This document shows positions 10,194 through 20,054 of a DNA stretch of 64,000 nucleotides, piece after piece. Each line of letters begins with the position of its first letter. Position 1 is the first letter of the stretch. The stretch is from Aestuariivirga sp. (GTDB taxonomy: Bacteria; Pseudomonadota; Alphaproteobacteria; Rhizobiales; Aestuariivirgaceae): the NCBI GenBank assembly GCA_035525875.1, contig DATLDM010000103.1, positions 38,105-102,104 of the forward strand, given 5' to 3'. The position numbers and the translations under genes were made by a program. The notes beneath the pieces were generated by a model. That model saw only the letters and a program-made list of their open reading frames with translations, ran no database searches and was not told where the DNA came from.

Positions 10194-12242
10194 ATGGCCC
10201 GAGACCCCCGCTACGATATTCTCTTTGAACCCGTGAAAATTGGCCCCGTTACGGCGCGCAACCGCTTTTACCAGGTTCCCCACTGCAACGGCATGGGCTG
10301 GCGTGATCCCTCGGCTCTTGCCGCCATGCGCGGCATGAAGGCCGAAGGTGGCTGGGCCGTGGTTTGCACCGAAATGACCGAGATTCATCAGACGGCTGAC
10401 GTCGCCCCATACGTGGAACTGCGCCTGTGGAGCGATCAGGACATTCCCCTGCACTCCCGCATCGCGGAAAAAATCCATGAGCACGGTTCGTTGGCCGGCA
10501 TTGAATTGTGCCACTCCGGCTACACCTCATCAAATCTCTGGTCGCGCGAAATTCCCATGGCGCCCACCGCCATGCCAACTTCCAGTTCCTTCAATAGCCC
10601 GATCCAGGCCCGCACCATGGACAAGGAAGATATCAGGAATCTGCGCCGCGCCCACCGCGCCGCCGCGCTGCGCTCGCGCACCGCCGGCTATGATCTCGTC
10701 TATGTCTATGCCGGACATGGCCTGGGCATTTTCCAGCAGTTCCTGTCGCGCGCCACCAATATGCGGAGCGACGAATACGGCGGTTCCCTTGAAAACCGCG
10801 CCCGCCTGCTCCGCGAAGTGATCGAAGACACCAAGGAGGCGGTGGGCGACCGCTGTGCCGTTCCCGTCCGCATCGCCATGAATGAATTTCTCGGCCCCAA
10901 TGGCCTTGAGCCTGCGGAGGTGGAAGATGCCATTGGCCTGATGGCGGAACTGCCGGACCTTTGGGACCTGTCGCTCTCAAGCTGGGAAAAGGATTCGCAA
11001 ACCTCGCGTTTCTCCGAGGAAGGCTTTCAGGAACCCTACATCAAGGGCGTGAGAAAGCTGACCACCAAGCCGGTCGTCGGCGTTGGCCGCTATACCTCGC
11101 CCGACACCATGGTGCGGGTGATCAGGCAAGGCATCATGGACATGATCGGCGCGGCAAGGCCCTCCATCGCAGATCCTTTCCTGCCCAAAAAGATTGAGGA
11201 AGGCCGCCTCGACGACATCCGGGAATGCATTGGCTGCAATATCTGTGTGACCGGTGATTTCACCATGTCGCCCATCCGCTGCACCCAGAACCCGACCATG
11301 GGGGAGGAATGGCGGCGCGGCTGGCATCCCGAACGCATCCGCCCTGCCGGAAGCGTAAAGAATATCCTCATTGTCGGCGCAGGCCCGGCGGGCCTTGAAG
11401 CGGCCCGCGCCCTTGGAACGCGCGGCCACAAGGTAACTCTTGCCGATGCCCGAAGCGAGGCAGGCGGCCGCGTTGCGCTGGAGTGCCGGCTTCCCGGTCT
11501 TGCCGCCTGGGGCCGGGTGCGCGACTGGCGCCTTCTGCAAATAGCCAAGCTGCCCAATGTGGAACTTTATCTCGAAAGTGAAATGACCCCCGAAACCCTG
11601 GCGGAATTCGGCGCCGGTCACATCGTCATGGCGACCGGCTCAAGCTGGCGCAGGGATGGCGTGGCCCGCCACCATACAAGGCCCATTTCGATTGACGGGT
11701 CCGCCGATGTCTTGACGCCCGATGATATCCTGGCTGGCAAACGGCCCAAGGGCAAAAACCTCGTCATCTATGACGATGACCATTACTACATGGGCGGCGT
11801 CATCGCCGAACTGCTGCGCAAGGAAGACTATGCAGTGACGTTGGTTACGCCCTCCAGCCTTGTGTCCGCGTTTACCTACGCGTCTCTGGAACAACATGCG
11901 ATCCAAGCCGGTTTGCTGGAACTCGATGTTAAAATCGAAGCAAACGCGAGCCTGCAGGCCATTGCAGCCGATCACGTCACGCTGGGCTGTGTTTTCACCG
12001 GTCGTACCCGCGAACTCGAAGCAGGTTCCGTCGTTCTGGTCACCGCCAGAAATGTCACGGACCAACTGTTTCAATCTTCTGTGGAAAAAATAAATAATGT
12101 GGCCCGCATTGGCGATTGTTTTAGCCCCGGAACCATAGCCGCCGCCGTTCATTCCGGCCGCAAATTTGCTGAGGAATTCGGCTCTCCCCCTCTGGACTTC
12201 CTCGACCTGCCTTATCGCAGGGAAGTGATCGAACTATCTTAA
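10194..12242 (+). CDS. Histamine/trimethylamine dehydrogenase family iron-sulfur flavoprotein
   Basis: RNRFYQVPHC (Cys for 6-S-cysteinyl-FMN), KAEGGW, CIGCNIC...CTQN [4Fe-4S], GEEWRRGWHPE, GAGPAG ADP-binding motif. Confidence 0.9.
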   Translation: MARDPRYDILFEPVKIGPVTARNRFYQVPHCNGMGWRDPSALAAMRGMKAEGGWAVVCTEMTEIHQTADVAPYVELRLWSDQDIPLHSRIAEKIHEHGSLAGIELCHSGYTSSNLWSREIPMAPTAMPTSSSFNSPIQARTMDKEDIRNLRRAHRAAALRSRTAGYDLVYVYAGHGLGIFQQFLSRATNMRSDEYGGSLENRARLLREVIEDTKEAVGDRCAVPVRIAMNEFLGPNGLEPAEVEDAIGLMAELPDLWDLSLSSWEKDSQTSRFSEEGFQEPYIKGVRKLTTKPVVGVGRYTSPDTMVRVIRQGIMDMIGAARPSIADPFLPKKIEEGRLDDIRECIGCNICVTGDFTMSPIRCTQNPTMGEEWRRGWHPERIRPAGSVKNILIVGAGPAGLEAARALGTRGHKVTLADARSEAGGRVALECRLPGLAAWGRVRDWRLLQIAKLPNVELYLESEMTPETLAEFGAGHIVMATGSSWRRDGVARHHTRPISIDGSADVLTPDDILAGKRPKGKNLVIYDDDHYYMGGVIAELLRKEDYAVTLVTPSSLVSAFTYASLEQHAIQAGLLELDVKIEANASLQAIAADHVTLGCVFTGRTRELEAGSVVLVTARNVTDQLFQSSVEKINNVARIGDCFSPGTIAAAVHSGRKFAEEFGSPPLDFLDLPYRREVIELS

Positions 12243-12323
12243 TCAGGCCACAACTTTTTAATAGCGTCTTTACCCAGATCAGTGATTCTCTGTGCGTAGC
12301 TTCTCAGGTCTTGGGGTTTTGGG

Positions 12324-13601
12324 GTGTTTTCTCAGCTTTTTACGCGTCGTGCCTTCCTCGGTGCTGTCTCTCTGGCGGCTGCCGCCTCCGTGGCGCATGC
12401 CCAATCGGCTGAAATCACCGGCTCGATTACCTCTATCGCCCCCAAACTGGCCGTAGCCGGAAAGCTTGCAACGAGGACCGAGTTTCTGGCTGATCGCCAG
12501 GAAGCGGCCATGGTGAGCGCCGGATCAATTCGCGCCCTGGAAGGCGCCATTCAGTTGTACGAGGAATTCGTGGCTGGCGGCGGCTGGCCCAAGGTTGGCA
12601 AGGGCAAGCTCGAAAAAGACGTAAAGAGCGAGTTGGTCGTGACGCTGCGCCAGCGTCTCGTGGCCGAAGGCTATTTGCCTTTCGAGGATATGTTCGTGGA
12701 AGCTGCCGACGTCTTTGACGTCAATATCATCGAGGCGGTCAAATTCTTCCAAACCAGCCATGGCGTTGCCCCATCCGGCACTGTTGATGACCGCACCCGC
12801 GCCGAGCTTAACATCACGGCCCGCGCCAGGCTTCAAACCCTGCGTGAAAACTATCCCCGCGTCGGCGAATACGCCCTGGATTTGCACGAGCGCAACATTC
12901 TGGTGAACATCCCCTCCGCCCAGCTTGAAACCGTTGAATTCGGCAGGGTCCGTTCGCGCCACAACGTGGTTGTCGGAAAACGCGACAGGCCATCGCCGGC
13001 GCTCAAAAGCGTCGTCAGCGATATCAATTTCAATCCTTACTGGAACGCCCCGGCCTCCATCGTGCAAAAGGACCTGGTGCCCAAGTTCCTCAAGGATCCC
13101 ACAATTTTTGAGCAGATGAACATCCGGATTTTTGATGGCGTCGGCGGCCCTGAGATTGATCCCTATACGGTTGACTGGGTCAACACCGATCCCGAGCGCT
13201 ACCACTTCCGCCAGGAACCCGGCGAGGGCAACGCCCTGGCTACCATGAAAATCAACTTCGCCAATAGATACATGGTCTATATGCACGATACGCCGCACCG
13301 CGAACTGTTTGAAGTCAATGCGCGCTTCGAAAGCTCCGGCTGTGTCCGCGTTGACAAGGTCAGCGACGTCGTGAACTGGATCCTGGGCGGCCAGGACGGG
13401 ATTGACGCCACCGAAATCGAAATGATCACTGCCAGCCAGGAACGCTACGATGTGAAGGTGGCAAACCCGCCGGACGTGCGCTTCATGTATCTCACCGCTT
13501 GGGTTACCGAAGATGGCCGGATCAATTTCCGCCCCGATATCTATGGCCTCGATGGCAAGGGGTTTGTGCTGGGCCAACCCCGCGCCACCCGCGGTATATA
13601 G
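12324..13601 (+). CDS. L,D-transpeptidase (YcbB/LdtD type) with peptidoglycan-binding domain and Tat-like signal
   Basis: RRAFLG twin-arginine leader; AVKFFQTSHG PG-binding segment; NPYWNAP, YMHDTP...SSGCVRV catalytic motif. Confidence 0.9.
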   Translation: MFSQLFTRRAFLGAVSLAAAASVAHAQSAEITGSITSIAPKLAVAGKLATRTEFLADRQEAAMVSAGSIRALEGAIQLYEEFVAGGGWPKVGKGKLEKDVKSELVVTLRQRLVAEGYLPFEDMFVEAADVFDVNIIEAVKFFQTSHGVAPSGTVDDRTRAELNITARARLQTLRENYPRVGEYALDLHERNILVNIPSAQLETVEFGRVRSRHNVVVGKRDRPSPALKSVVSDINFNPYWNAPASIVQKDLVPKFLKDPTIFEQMNIRIFDGVGGPEIDPYTVDWVNTDPERYHFRQEPGEGNALATMKINFANRYMVYMHDTPHRELFEVNARFESSGCVRVDKVSDVVNWILGGQDGIDATEIEMITASQERYDVKVANPPDVRFMYLTAWVTEDGRINFRPDIYGLDGKGFVLGQPRATRGI

Positions 13602-13664
13602 CTTGTAACTGAGTTCTAAGAATGATTGCTTGTACCCCTTCTATGGGGTGAGTATCTGGCAATC

Positions 13665-14273
13665 ATGCCCCAGGATCTTTCATTTATTCATCGTTTTGAA
13701 CCCGGCACCTCAACCGCCGCACCCCTTCTCCTGCTCCATGGAACAGGCGGCGACGAAAATGACCTTCTGCCCTTGGGCAAAGCCCTGGCGCCGGATCGTG
13801 CGTTGCTATCGCCTCGCGGCAAGGTGCTCGAAAACGGCATGCCCCGCTTTTTCCGGCGCCTCGCCGAAGGCGTTTTCGACGAGCAGGACGTGATCAAGCG
13901 CGCCCATGAACTGGCCGATTTCATTGCCGAAGCCGGCAAGGCCTACAAGCTGGAAAAGCCTATTGCCGTTGGTTTTTCCAATGGGGCCAACATTGCCGCT
14001 GCCATTCTTCTGCTGCGGCCGGAGGCCCTGAGCGGAGCCATTCTGCTGCGTGCCATGGTGCCGCTTGCAAAGCCTCCGCAGGCCGAACTTGCGCAAACCC
14101 CGGTACTCATTGTCTCCGGCGCCAGTGATCCCATCATTCCCGCCAGCAATGCAAACCTGTTGGCCACCATGTTGAAGAACGCCCACGCCGATGTGCAGCA
14201 TGTAACGCTGCCAACCGGACATAACCTTACCCAGAATGACGCAACCCTCGCCACCAAATGGCTGAACCGATAG
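13665..14273 (+). CDS. Alpha/beta hydrolase (phospholipase/carboxylesterase, MhqD-like)
   Basis: [22 protein letters not shown] nucleophile elbow, GHNL. Confidence 0.88.
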   Translation: MPQDLSFIHRFEPGTSTAAPLLLLHGTGGDENDLLPLGKALAPDRALLSPRGKVLENGMPRFFRRLAEGVFDEQDVIKRAHELADFIAEAGKAYKLEKPIAVGFSNGANIAAAILLLRPEALSGAILLRAMVPLAKPPQAELAQTPVLIVSGASDPIIPASNANLLATMLKNAHADVQHVTLPTGHNLTQNDATLATKWLNR

Positions 14274-14281
14274 GACACAAA

Positions 14282-15205
14282 ATGCAACTCAATGGCCTGC
14301 ACCACCTCACCGCCGTTACCGCCGATGCCCCCAGCAACCACAATTTCTATACGAAAACCCTGGGCCTCCGCATGGTGAAGAAAACCGTGAACCAGGATGA
14401 TACCTCGGCCTATCACCTGTTCTATGCCGACGGTCTGGGTTCGCCTGGCACCGATATTACCTTTTTCGATTGGCCCGTAGGCCGTGAACGCCGCGGCACC
14501 CATTCCATTGTTCGCACCGGCCTTCGCATCAAGGGCGAAGCCGCCTTCAAGTGGTGGGCCGATCATTTCAAGGCTCGCGGCGTTACAGCCGAAAAGGTTG
14601 TCGAAAGAGATGGCCGCCTTACCCTCGACTTCGAGGACTTCGAGGGCCAGCGCCTGAGCCTTGTCGATGATAATGGCACAGCCGAGAGCCACCCTTGGAA
14701 CGAAAGCTCCATTGCCGCTGAAAACCAGATTCGCGGCCTTGGTCCCATCACCCTCAGCGTGCCGGATTTGCGGCCAACCGAAGTGATCCTGACCACTGTC
14801 ATGAACATGACGAAGGCCCGTGAGTATGGAAACACCAGCGTGTTCAAGATGAACGGCTCCGGCCCCGTCTCCGAACTGCATGTCCGCGTTGACAAGGGCT
14901 TGCCGCCCGCCCAGCAGGGCGCCGGTTCGGTCCATCACGTGGCCTTCAACATTCCCTCGGTTGATTACGATGCTTGGGCTAGCCGCCTGAAGGAACTCCG
15001 CATTCCCAACAGCGGCCCGGTGGACCGCTTCTGGTTCAAAAGCCTCTATTTCCGCGAACCCAACGGCGTCCTCTTCGAACTCGCTACTGATGGTCCAGGC
15101 TTCGCCACCGACGAATCCCTGGAAAATCTCGGCAAGACCCTGTCCCTGCCGCCCTTCCTCGAAAACCGCCGGACCCAGATCGAAGCCGCATTGAAGCCGC
15201 TGTAG
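14282..15205 (+). CDS. Ring-cleaving dioxygenase / glyoxalase (MhqA/MhqO-like)
   Basis: [58 protein letters not shown]. Confidence 0.92.
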   Translation: MQLNGLHHLTAVTADAPSNHNFYTKTLGLRMVKKTVNQDDTSAYHLFYADGLGSPGTDITFFDWPVGRERRGTHSIVRTGLRIKGEAAFKWWADHFKARGVTAEKVVERDGRLTLDFEDFEGQRLSLVDDNGTAESHPWNESSIAAENQIRGLGPITLSVPDLRPTEVILTTVMNMTKAREYGNTSVFKMNGSGPVSELHVRVDKGLPPAQQGAGSVHHVAFNIPSVDYDAWASRLKELRIPNSGPVDRFWFKSLYFREPNGVLFELATDGPGFATDESLENLGKTLSLPPFLENRRTQIEAALKPL

Positions 15206-15210
15206 TTCCC

Positions 15211-15247
15211 TTCACCCCTCCCTCTTGAGGGAGGGGCTGGGGGTGGG
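15211..15247 (+). repeat. REP-like palindromic repeat, copy R1
   Basis: TTCACCCCTCCCTCTTGAGGGAGGGGCTGGGGGTGGG; perfect 10-bp stem CCCCTCCCTC/GAGGGAGGGG. Confidence 0.85.
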
Positions 15248-15718
15248 TGCAGGCCGCAACCGAGATCGGGAAGCTTCTTGCGCCTCCCTCCACAATTTAC
15301 GTCGCAGGTATTTTCGTGGCACCACGTGACTCCGTGCAAAACTCAGGTCCGGAGCCTCAACAATATCTTCCAAGCACCCTTCCAGCGCCGCAAGGATGGA
15401 GTCGCACACAGCTTCGCGTGCCTGCAGCACCGTGACCGAGGGCACACGTAGAATGGAATAACCCTCATTCAGCATGTGTGCATCGCGACGCATGTCATAT
15501 CCGCTCTCCACATGCTGGCTGCCATTGACTTCGACGAGAAGCATGCGCTCCCGGCAAGCAAAGTCCGCAAAATATGGACCAACTGGAAACTGCCGCGTGA
15601 ACTTGTAGCCACCGAGTTGGCGCGCTTTCAATACGTTCCATAGGCATTGCTCAGCCGGATTGGCAGTTTGCCGCATTGCCCGGGAGCGAAGTGTCGTCGG
15701 ATTAGTGTTGGCGCGCAT
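15212..15718 (-). CDS. DUF559 (Vsr-like) endonuclease domain protein
   Basis: MRQTANPAEQCLWNVLKARQLGGYKFTRQFPVGPYFADFAC...VEVNGSQH...RDAHM...GYSILR. Confidence 0.88.
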   Translation of the reverse strand: MRANTNPTTLRSRAMRQTANPAEQCLWNVLKARQLGGYKFTRQFPVGPYFADFACRERMLLVEVNGSQHVESGYDMRRDAHMLNEGYSILRVPSVTVLQAREAVCDSILAALEGCLEDIVEAPDLSFARSHVVPRKYLRRKLWREAQEASRSRLRPAPTPSPSLKREG

Positions 15719-15790
15719 GCTGTCCTCCCTGTTTCAACAAGGACGGGTATAAGGGTGGAATCCGTCTATGGTTTTGGGGACAATTTCAGC

Positions 15791-15824
15791 CCCACCCCTG
15801 CCCCTCCCCAAGGGGAGGGGTGAA
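15791..15824 (-). repeat. REP-like palindromic repeat, copy R2 (inverted)
   Basis: Reverse complement TTCACCCCTCCCCTTGGGGAGGGGCAGGGGTGGG; 9-bp stem. Confidence 0.85.
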
Positions 15825-15871
15825 AACGTAGAACACCCTTACCCAAGGGAAGGGATTACAGATCTTATTAC

Positions 15872-15905
15872 TTCACCCCTCCCTTGAGGGAGGGGCGGGG
15901 GTGGG
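15872..15905 (+). repeat. REP-like palindromic repeat, copy R3
   Basis: TTCACCCCTCCCTTGAGGGAGGGGCGGGGGTGGG; 9-bp stem; forms an inverted pair with R2. Confidence 0.85.
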
Positions 15906-15912
15906 CGAGGGC

Positions 15913-16938
15913 CTAAGGCAGATTATCCCGCATGAAGATGTCGATGCGGATGCGTTCCTGCGATTCAATCAGCGGCATCTTGTCGGCGTTGGCCATGAGC
16001 ACACGCACCGCGCTGCGCACCTCATGGCCCGCATCCTGATTGATAATCGCGTCGATCGAGCCGCGGATCAGCGCCCGGCGCGACAGGTCTGTAACCTCAT
16101 GGGCAATGAACACGATGTCCTTGGCGCGGCCCGCCGCCTCAAGGCCAGAAACAATGCCGCGCGTGCCGCCACCAACATTGTAGATGCCGATGAGATCGGG
16201 ATGCTCGGTCAAAAGTTGCCGCGTCATCTCCTCAATGCGGGCCCAGTCATCGCGCGATTCCCGCACCGGCAAAACGGCGAGATGGGAGTATTCATGCGCC
16301 ATCACCTGCTCGAAGCCAAACTGCCGCTCGATATGATCGCGCAGCGCCAGCGAACCCGCAAACACGCCAACCGTTCCCGTCATGCCGCGGAGAAATCGTC
16401 CCATGAGATTGGCCGCGGTACGCCCAGCAGAAGAGTTGTCGATACCGGCATAATGCTGGCGCTTCGACCCCGGCACATCGGACACCAGCGTCACTACCGT
16501 AATCCCGCGCGACACCAGCGCGTTGATGGCTTCGCGCACCGCCGGATGATCCAGCGCCACGACTGCAACCCCGTCCATAGCCTTGTCGATGGAATCAAGC
16601 GTTTGGGCCAGCAGTTCGCCGTCAAACACATCAACGCGCTTGACGATGATCGAAACCCGCTCGGCCTCCATGCGCTCCGTGGCAAGCCGCACCTCGTCGG
16701 CAATACGCATGAAAAACTCGCCGGTGCTCACCGGCAAGACAAAACAGAAGCGGTATTCCCGTGACCGCGCCAGCCGCGCCGCAATGCGGTCGGGCTGGTA
16801 ATTCAACTCGCGGATGGCGGCTTCGACCTTCGCGATGGTAGGGGCACGCACCCCCTGCCTGCGATTGAGCACCCGGTCGATGGTTGCAACACTCACCCCC
16901 GCAAGCCGCGCCACATCCTGAATCGTAAATTTCGCCAT
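15913..16938 (-). CDS. LacI family transcriptional regulator
   Basis: TIQDVARLAGVSVATIDRVLN HTH followed by a periplasmic-binding-protein-like sensor domain. Confidence 0.93.
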   Translation of the reverse strand: MAKFTIQDVARLAGVSVATIDRVLNRRQGVRAPTIAKVEAAIRELNYQPDRIAARLARSREYRFCFVLPVSTGEFFMRIADEVRLATERMEAERVSIIVKRVDVFDGELLAQTLDSIDKAMDGVAVVALDHPAVREAINALVSRGITVVTLVSDVPGSKRQHYAGIDNSSAGRTAANLMGRFLRGMTGTVGVFAGSLALRDHIERQFGFEQVMAHEYSHLAVLPVRESRDDWARIEEMTRQLLTEHPDLIGIYNVGGGTRGIVSGLEAAGRAKDIVFIAHEVTDLSRRALIRGSIDAIINQDAGHEVRSAVRVLMANADKMPLIESQERIRIDIFMRDNLP

Positions 16939-17073
16939 GGGGCTATCAAGCGCAGGGTCGGCAACTTGTCAAATTTCCGGTCCACCCCGGCTAGGCATTT
17001 GAACATTGTGCTTGACTAGAGGCAGTCACAAGGCTTCGATAAGAAAAAACAATTTCATTGAGATGGGGAGCCC

Positions 17074-18183
17074 ATGAAATCACGTGCCGCCATTGCCTTT
17101 GAAGCAGGCAAACCCCTTGAAATTGTTGAAGTTGATTTGGCCGGCCCCCAGGAGGGCGAGGTTCTGGTTGAAATCAAGGCCACCGGCATTTGCCACACCG
17201 ATGAATTCACCATTTCCGGCGCCGATCCCGAAGGCCTGTTTCCGGCCATCATGGGCCATGAGGGCGCGGGCGTCGTGGTGGAGGTCGGCAAGGGTGTGAC
17301 CTCGCTTGCCAAGGGCGACCATGTCATTCCACTTTACACGCCGGAATGCCGCGAATGTGAATATTGCCTGAATCCCAAAACCAACCTGTGCCAGAAAATC
17401 CGCACCACCCAGGGCAAGGGCTTGATGCCCGATGGCACCTCGCGCTTTTCCTACAAGGGCAAGATGGTGCATCACTACATGGGTTGCTCCACCTTCTCGA
17501 ATTACACGGTGCTTCCCGAAATCGCGTTGGCAAAGGTGCGCAAGGACGCGCCGTTCGACAAAATCTGCTACATAGGCTGCGGCGTCACCACCGGCGTAGG
17601 GGCTGTCATCAACACCGCCAAGGTCGAGATCGGCTCAACCGCAATCGTCTTCGGCCTCGGTGGCATTGGCCTCAATGTGATTCAAGGCCTGCGCCTTGCG
17701 GGCGCCAGCCAGATCGTCGGCGTTGATCTCAATGAGGAGCGTGCCACCTGGGGCAAGCGCTTCGGCATGACCCATTTTGTCAATCCGTCAAAGGTTGATG
17801 GCGATCTCGTGGCCCATCTCGTGGGCCTCACCAATGGCGGCGCCGATTACACCTTCGAATGCATCGGCAACGTGAAGGTGATGCGCATCGCCCTTGAAGC
17901 CGCCCACAAGGGCTGGGGTCAATCCATCATCATCGGCGTGGCCGGCGCCGGCCAGGAAATTTCTACCCGGCCCTTCCAGCTGGTCACCGGCAGGTCCTGG
18001 CGCGGCACTGCTTTTGGCGGCGCCCGTGGCCGCACTGATGTTCCTAAAATCGTTGACTGGTACATGAACGGCAAGATCGAGATTGATCCCATGATCACCC
18101 ACATCTTGCCGCTGGAGAAAATAAATTCCGCTTTCGATCTCATGCATGAAGGCAAGTCGATCCGTAGCGTTGTCGTGTTCTAG
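17074..18183 (+). CDS. frmA: S-(hydroxymethyl)glutathione dehydrogenase / class III alcohol dehydrogenase
   Basis: GICHTD, GHEGAG, CRECEYC...C Zn sites, [24 protein letters not shown]. Confidence 0.97.
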   Translation: MKSRAAIAFEAGKPLEIVEVDLAGPQEGEVLVEIKATGICHTDEFTISGADPEGLFPAIMGHEGAGVVVEVGKGVTSLAKGDHVIPLYTPECRECEYCLNPKTNLCQKIRTTQGKGLMPDGTSRFSYKGKMVHHYMGCSTFSNYTVLPEIALAKVRKDAPFDKICYIGCGVTTGVGAVINTAKVEIGSTAIVFGLGGIGLNVIQGLRLAGASQIVGVDLNEERATWGKRFGMTHFVNPSKVDGDLVAHLVGLTNGGADYTFECIGNVKVMRIALEAAHKGWGQSIIIGVAGAGQEISTRPFQLVTGRSWRGTAFGGARGRTDVPKIVDWYMNGKIEIDPMITHILPLEKINSAFDLMHEGKSIRSVVVF

Positions 18184-18208
18184 AATTAGAAACTGAGGGA
18201 GGACCACC

Positions 18209-18823
18209 ATGGCCAAGAAAGCCAAAACCAAAGCTGCCGCAAAGAAATCTAAGGCAATTTCCCTTCACCCCGCCATTGACAAGGGCGTGAAGGGCAAGGC
18301 CAAGGCGAAGTTTGCCGGCGGAACATTGACCTGCAAATGCGCAACCGATCCCGTAACCGTGAGCATTGGGGCGCAATCCGCCCATAATCACGCCTGCGGC
18401 TGCACCAAATGCTGGAAACCAGCCGGAGCCATATTCGCGGTTGTGGCCGTTGTTGGCCGCGACCATGTGAAGGTCACGGCAAACGGCGAGAAGCTGAAGA
18501 TCATTGATGCCAATGCGACCATCCAGCGCCATGCCTGCACCGGCTGCGGCGTTCACATGTATGGCCGCGTCGAGCGCACCTCGCACGGCTTCTATGGCCT
18601 CGATTTCATCCACACGGAGTTGTCCAAGGAAAAAGGCTGGTCGCCGCCGGAATTCGCGGCCTTCGTCTCGTCCGTCATCGAAAGCGGCACAAAGCCCGAA
18701 GCCATGCCGGCCATCCGCAAGCGCCTGAAACAGGTTGGCCTGCCGCCTTACGATTGCCTGTCGCCAGGGCTTATGGACTATCTCGCAACCCATGCGGCCA
18801 AGGCCTCCGGCGTCCTGAAATAA
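18209..18823 (+). CDS. gfa: Glutathione-dependent formaldehyde-activating enzyme (S-(hydroxymethyl)glutathione synthase)
   Basis: [45 protein letters not shown]. Confidence 0.95.
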   Translation: MAKKAKTKAAAKKSKAISLHPAIDKGVKGKAKAKFAGGTLTCKCATDPVTVSIGAQSAHNHACGCTKCWKPAGAIFAVVAVVGRDHVKVTANGEKLKIIDANATIQRHACTGCGVHMYGRVERTSHGFYGLDFIHTELSKEKGWSPPEFAAFVSSVIESGTKPEAMPAIRKRLKQVGLPPYDCLSPGLMDYLATHAAKASGVLK

Positions 18824-18884
18824 CGGCCGGGCCGCGCAAGGCTTCTTATTTTAGACATAAATTCCCGTTGAGGTTTATGTTGGA

Positions 18885-20048
18885 ATGAAGGAGCTTTGCG
18901 TGGCCAGGTTATTCTTCTGTTTTTTAGTGGCCCTATGGTCCGCCTGCTCCGCTTCCAGCGCGGCAGAAAACCCGGCATTGTCCCCGCGCGGGGTCGCAAG
19001 GCTCATCACCGCCGCCGAAAAGAACGTCACGGATCCCCGGGGCTGGGCCGCTGATCTGCTCGATGTGCTGAAGCTCCACGATCTGCCCGCCAGCAAGGAA
19101 AACATCTGCGCTTCCATCGCCATCATTGACCAGGAATCAAGTTTCGTTGCCAATCCAGCCGTTGCCGGCCTCGGCGAGATTTCGGAAAAGGCCTTGCGCG
19201 CCAAGATGGACAAGGTGCCCGTTCTCGGGCGCCTTGCCCTTCGTTTTCTGGAAATTAAGCCAAGCCCCGCCGACAACTATCTGGCGCGCATCCGCGCCGC
19301 CCGCACCGAGCGCGATCTTGACCTTGTCTACCGCGCCATGGTGACGGACGCCGCCAAGCAATCCGGCCTTGGCCGGGTAATCAACAGTGGCCTGCTCAAC
19401 CGGCAGATCGACGGGCGCAACGAAATCGACACCATCGGCTCCATGCAGGTATCGGTCGATTTTGCCCTGGAGGTTGCCAAACAGCGGCGCTGGCTGCCCA
19501 TGTCGCTGGACGATGTTTACGCCCTGCGCGATGAACTCTACACCCGCCATGGCGGCATGTATTACGGCGTCCTCCTGCTGCTGGGTTACGAAACGGGTTA
19601 CGACCGCAAGCTCTATCGCTTTGCCGATTTCAACGCCGGCCGCTATTCAAGCCGCAATGCGGCAATCCAAAGCCAGATCGCCGAATTGAGCGGCAATGCC
19701 CTGGCCACCGATGGCGACCTGCTGCTCTATGATAAATCGGGAAAGGTGGGCGGTGGCGTCAGCAACACGGAAAAGGCTTTGCGAGCTGTCCTCAAAAGCT
19801 CCAATTTCGAATTGACTGACGAGGATATCCGCAAGGACCTGCTGCGCGAGAAGGACAATGACTTCGTGCAGACGCTGACCTACAGCGCGCTCCGGGCAAC
19901 TTACGAACAGGTGACCAAGAAGGAGCCGGCGTTTGCCATGGTCCCCAAAATTGCCCTGTCGAGTCCCAAGATCAGGAGCAAGATGACAACCCGCATTTTC
20001 GCTGAAAGCGTGGATCGGCGCTACCAGTCCTGCATGGCGCGGAAATGA
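18885..20048 (+). CDS. DUF1615 family protein (YaiW-like, exported)
   Basis: Hydrophobic leader; IIDQESSF, RTERDLD, TIGSMQVS, LYTRHGGMYYG, YRFADFNAGRYSSRNAA, SPKIRSKMTT. Confidence 0.8.
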   Translation: MKELCVARLFFCFLVALWSACSASSAAENPALSPRGVARLITAAEKNVTDPRGWAADLLDVLKLHDLPASKENICASIAIIDQESSFVANPAVAGLGEISEKALRAKMDKVPVLGRLALRFLEIKPSPADNYLARIRAARTERDLDLVYRAMVTDAAKQSGLGRVINSGLLNRQIDGRNEIDTIGSMQVSVDFALEVAKQRRWLPMSLDDVYALRDELYTRHGGMYYGVLLLLGYETGYDRKLYRFADFNAGRYSSRNAAIQSQIAELSGNALATDGDLLLYDKSGKVGGGVSNTEKALRAVLKSSNFELTDEDIRKDLLREKDNDFVQTLTYSALRATYEQVTKKEPAFAMVPKIALSSPKIRSKMTTRIFAESVDRRYQSCMARK

Positions 20049-20054
20049 CAGGCT

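Noticed and set aside
10194-12242. Definitive call as trimethylamine dehydrogenase (tmd)
   Set aside because: Motifs fit histamine dehydrogenase better and no ETF or TMA genes are adjacent, so the substrate is left open.
15211-15905. CRISPR array or IS terminal repeats
   Set aside because: Only three irregularly spaced copies in mixed orientation, no uniform spacers, no cas gene or DDE/HUH transposase.
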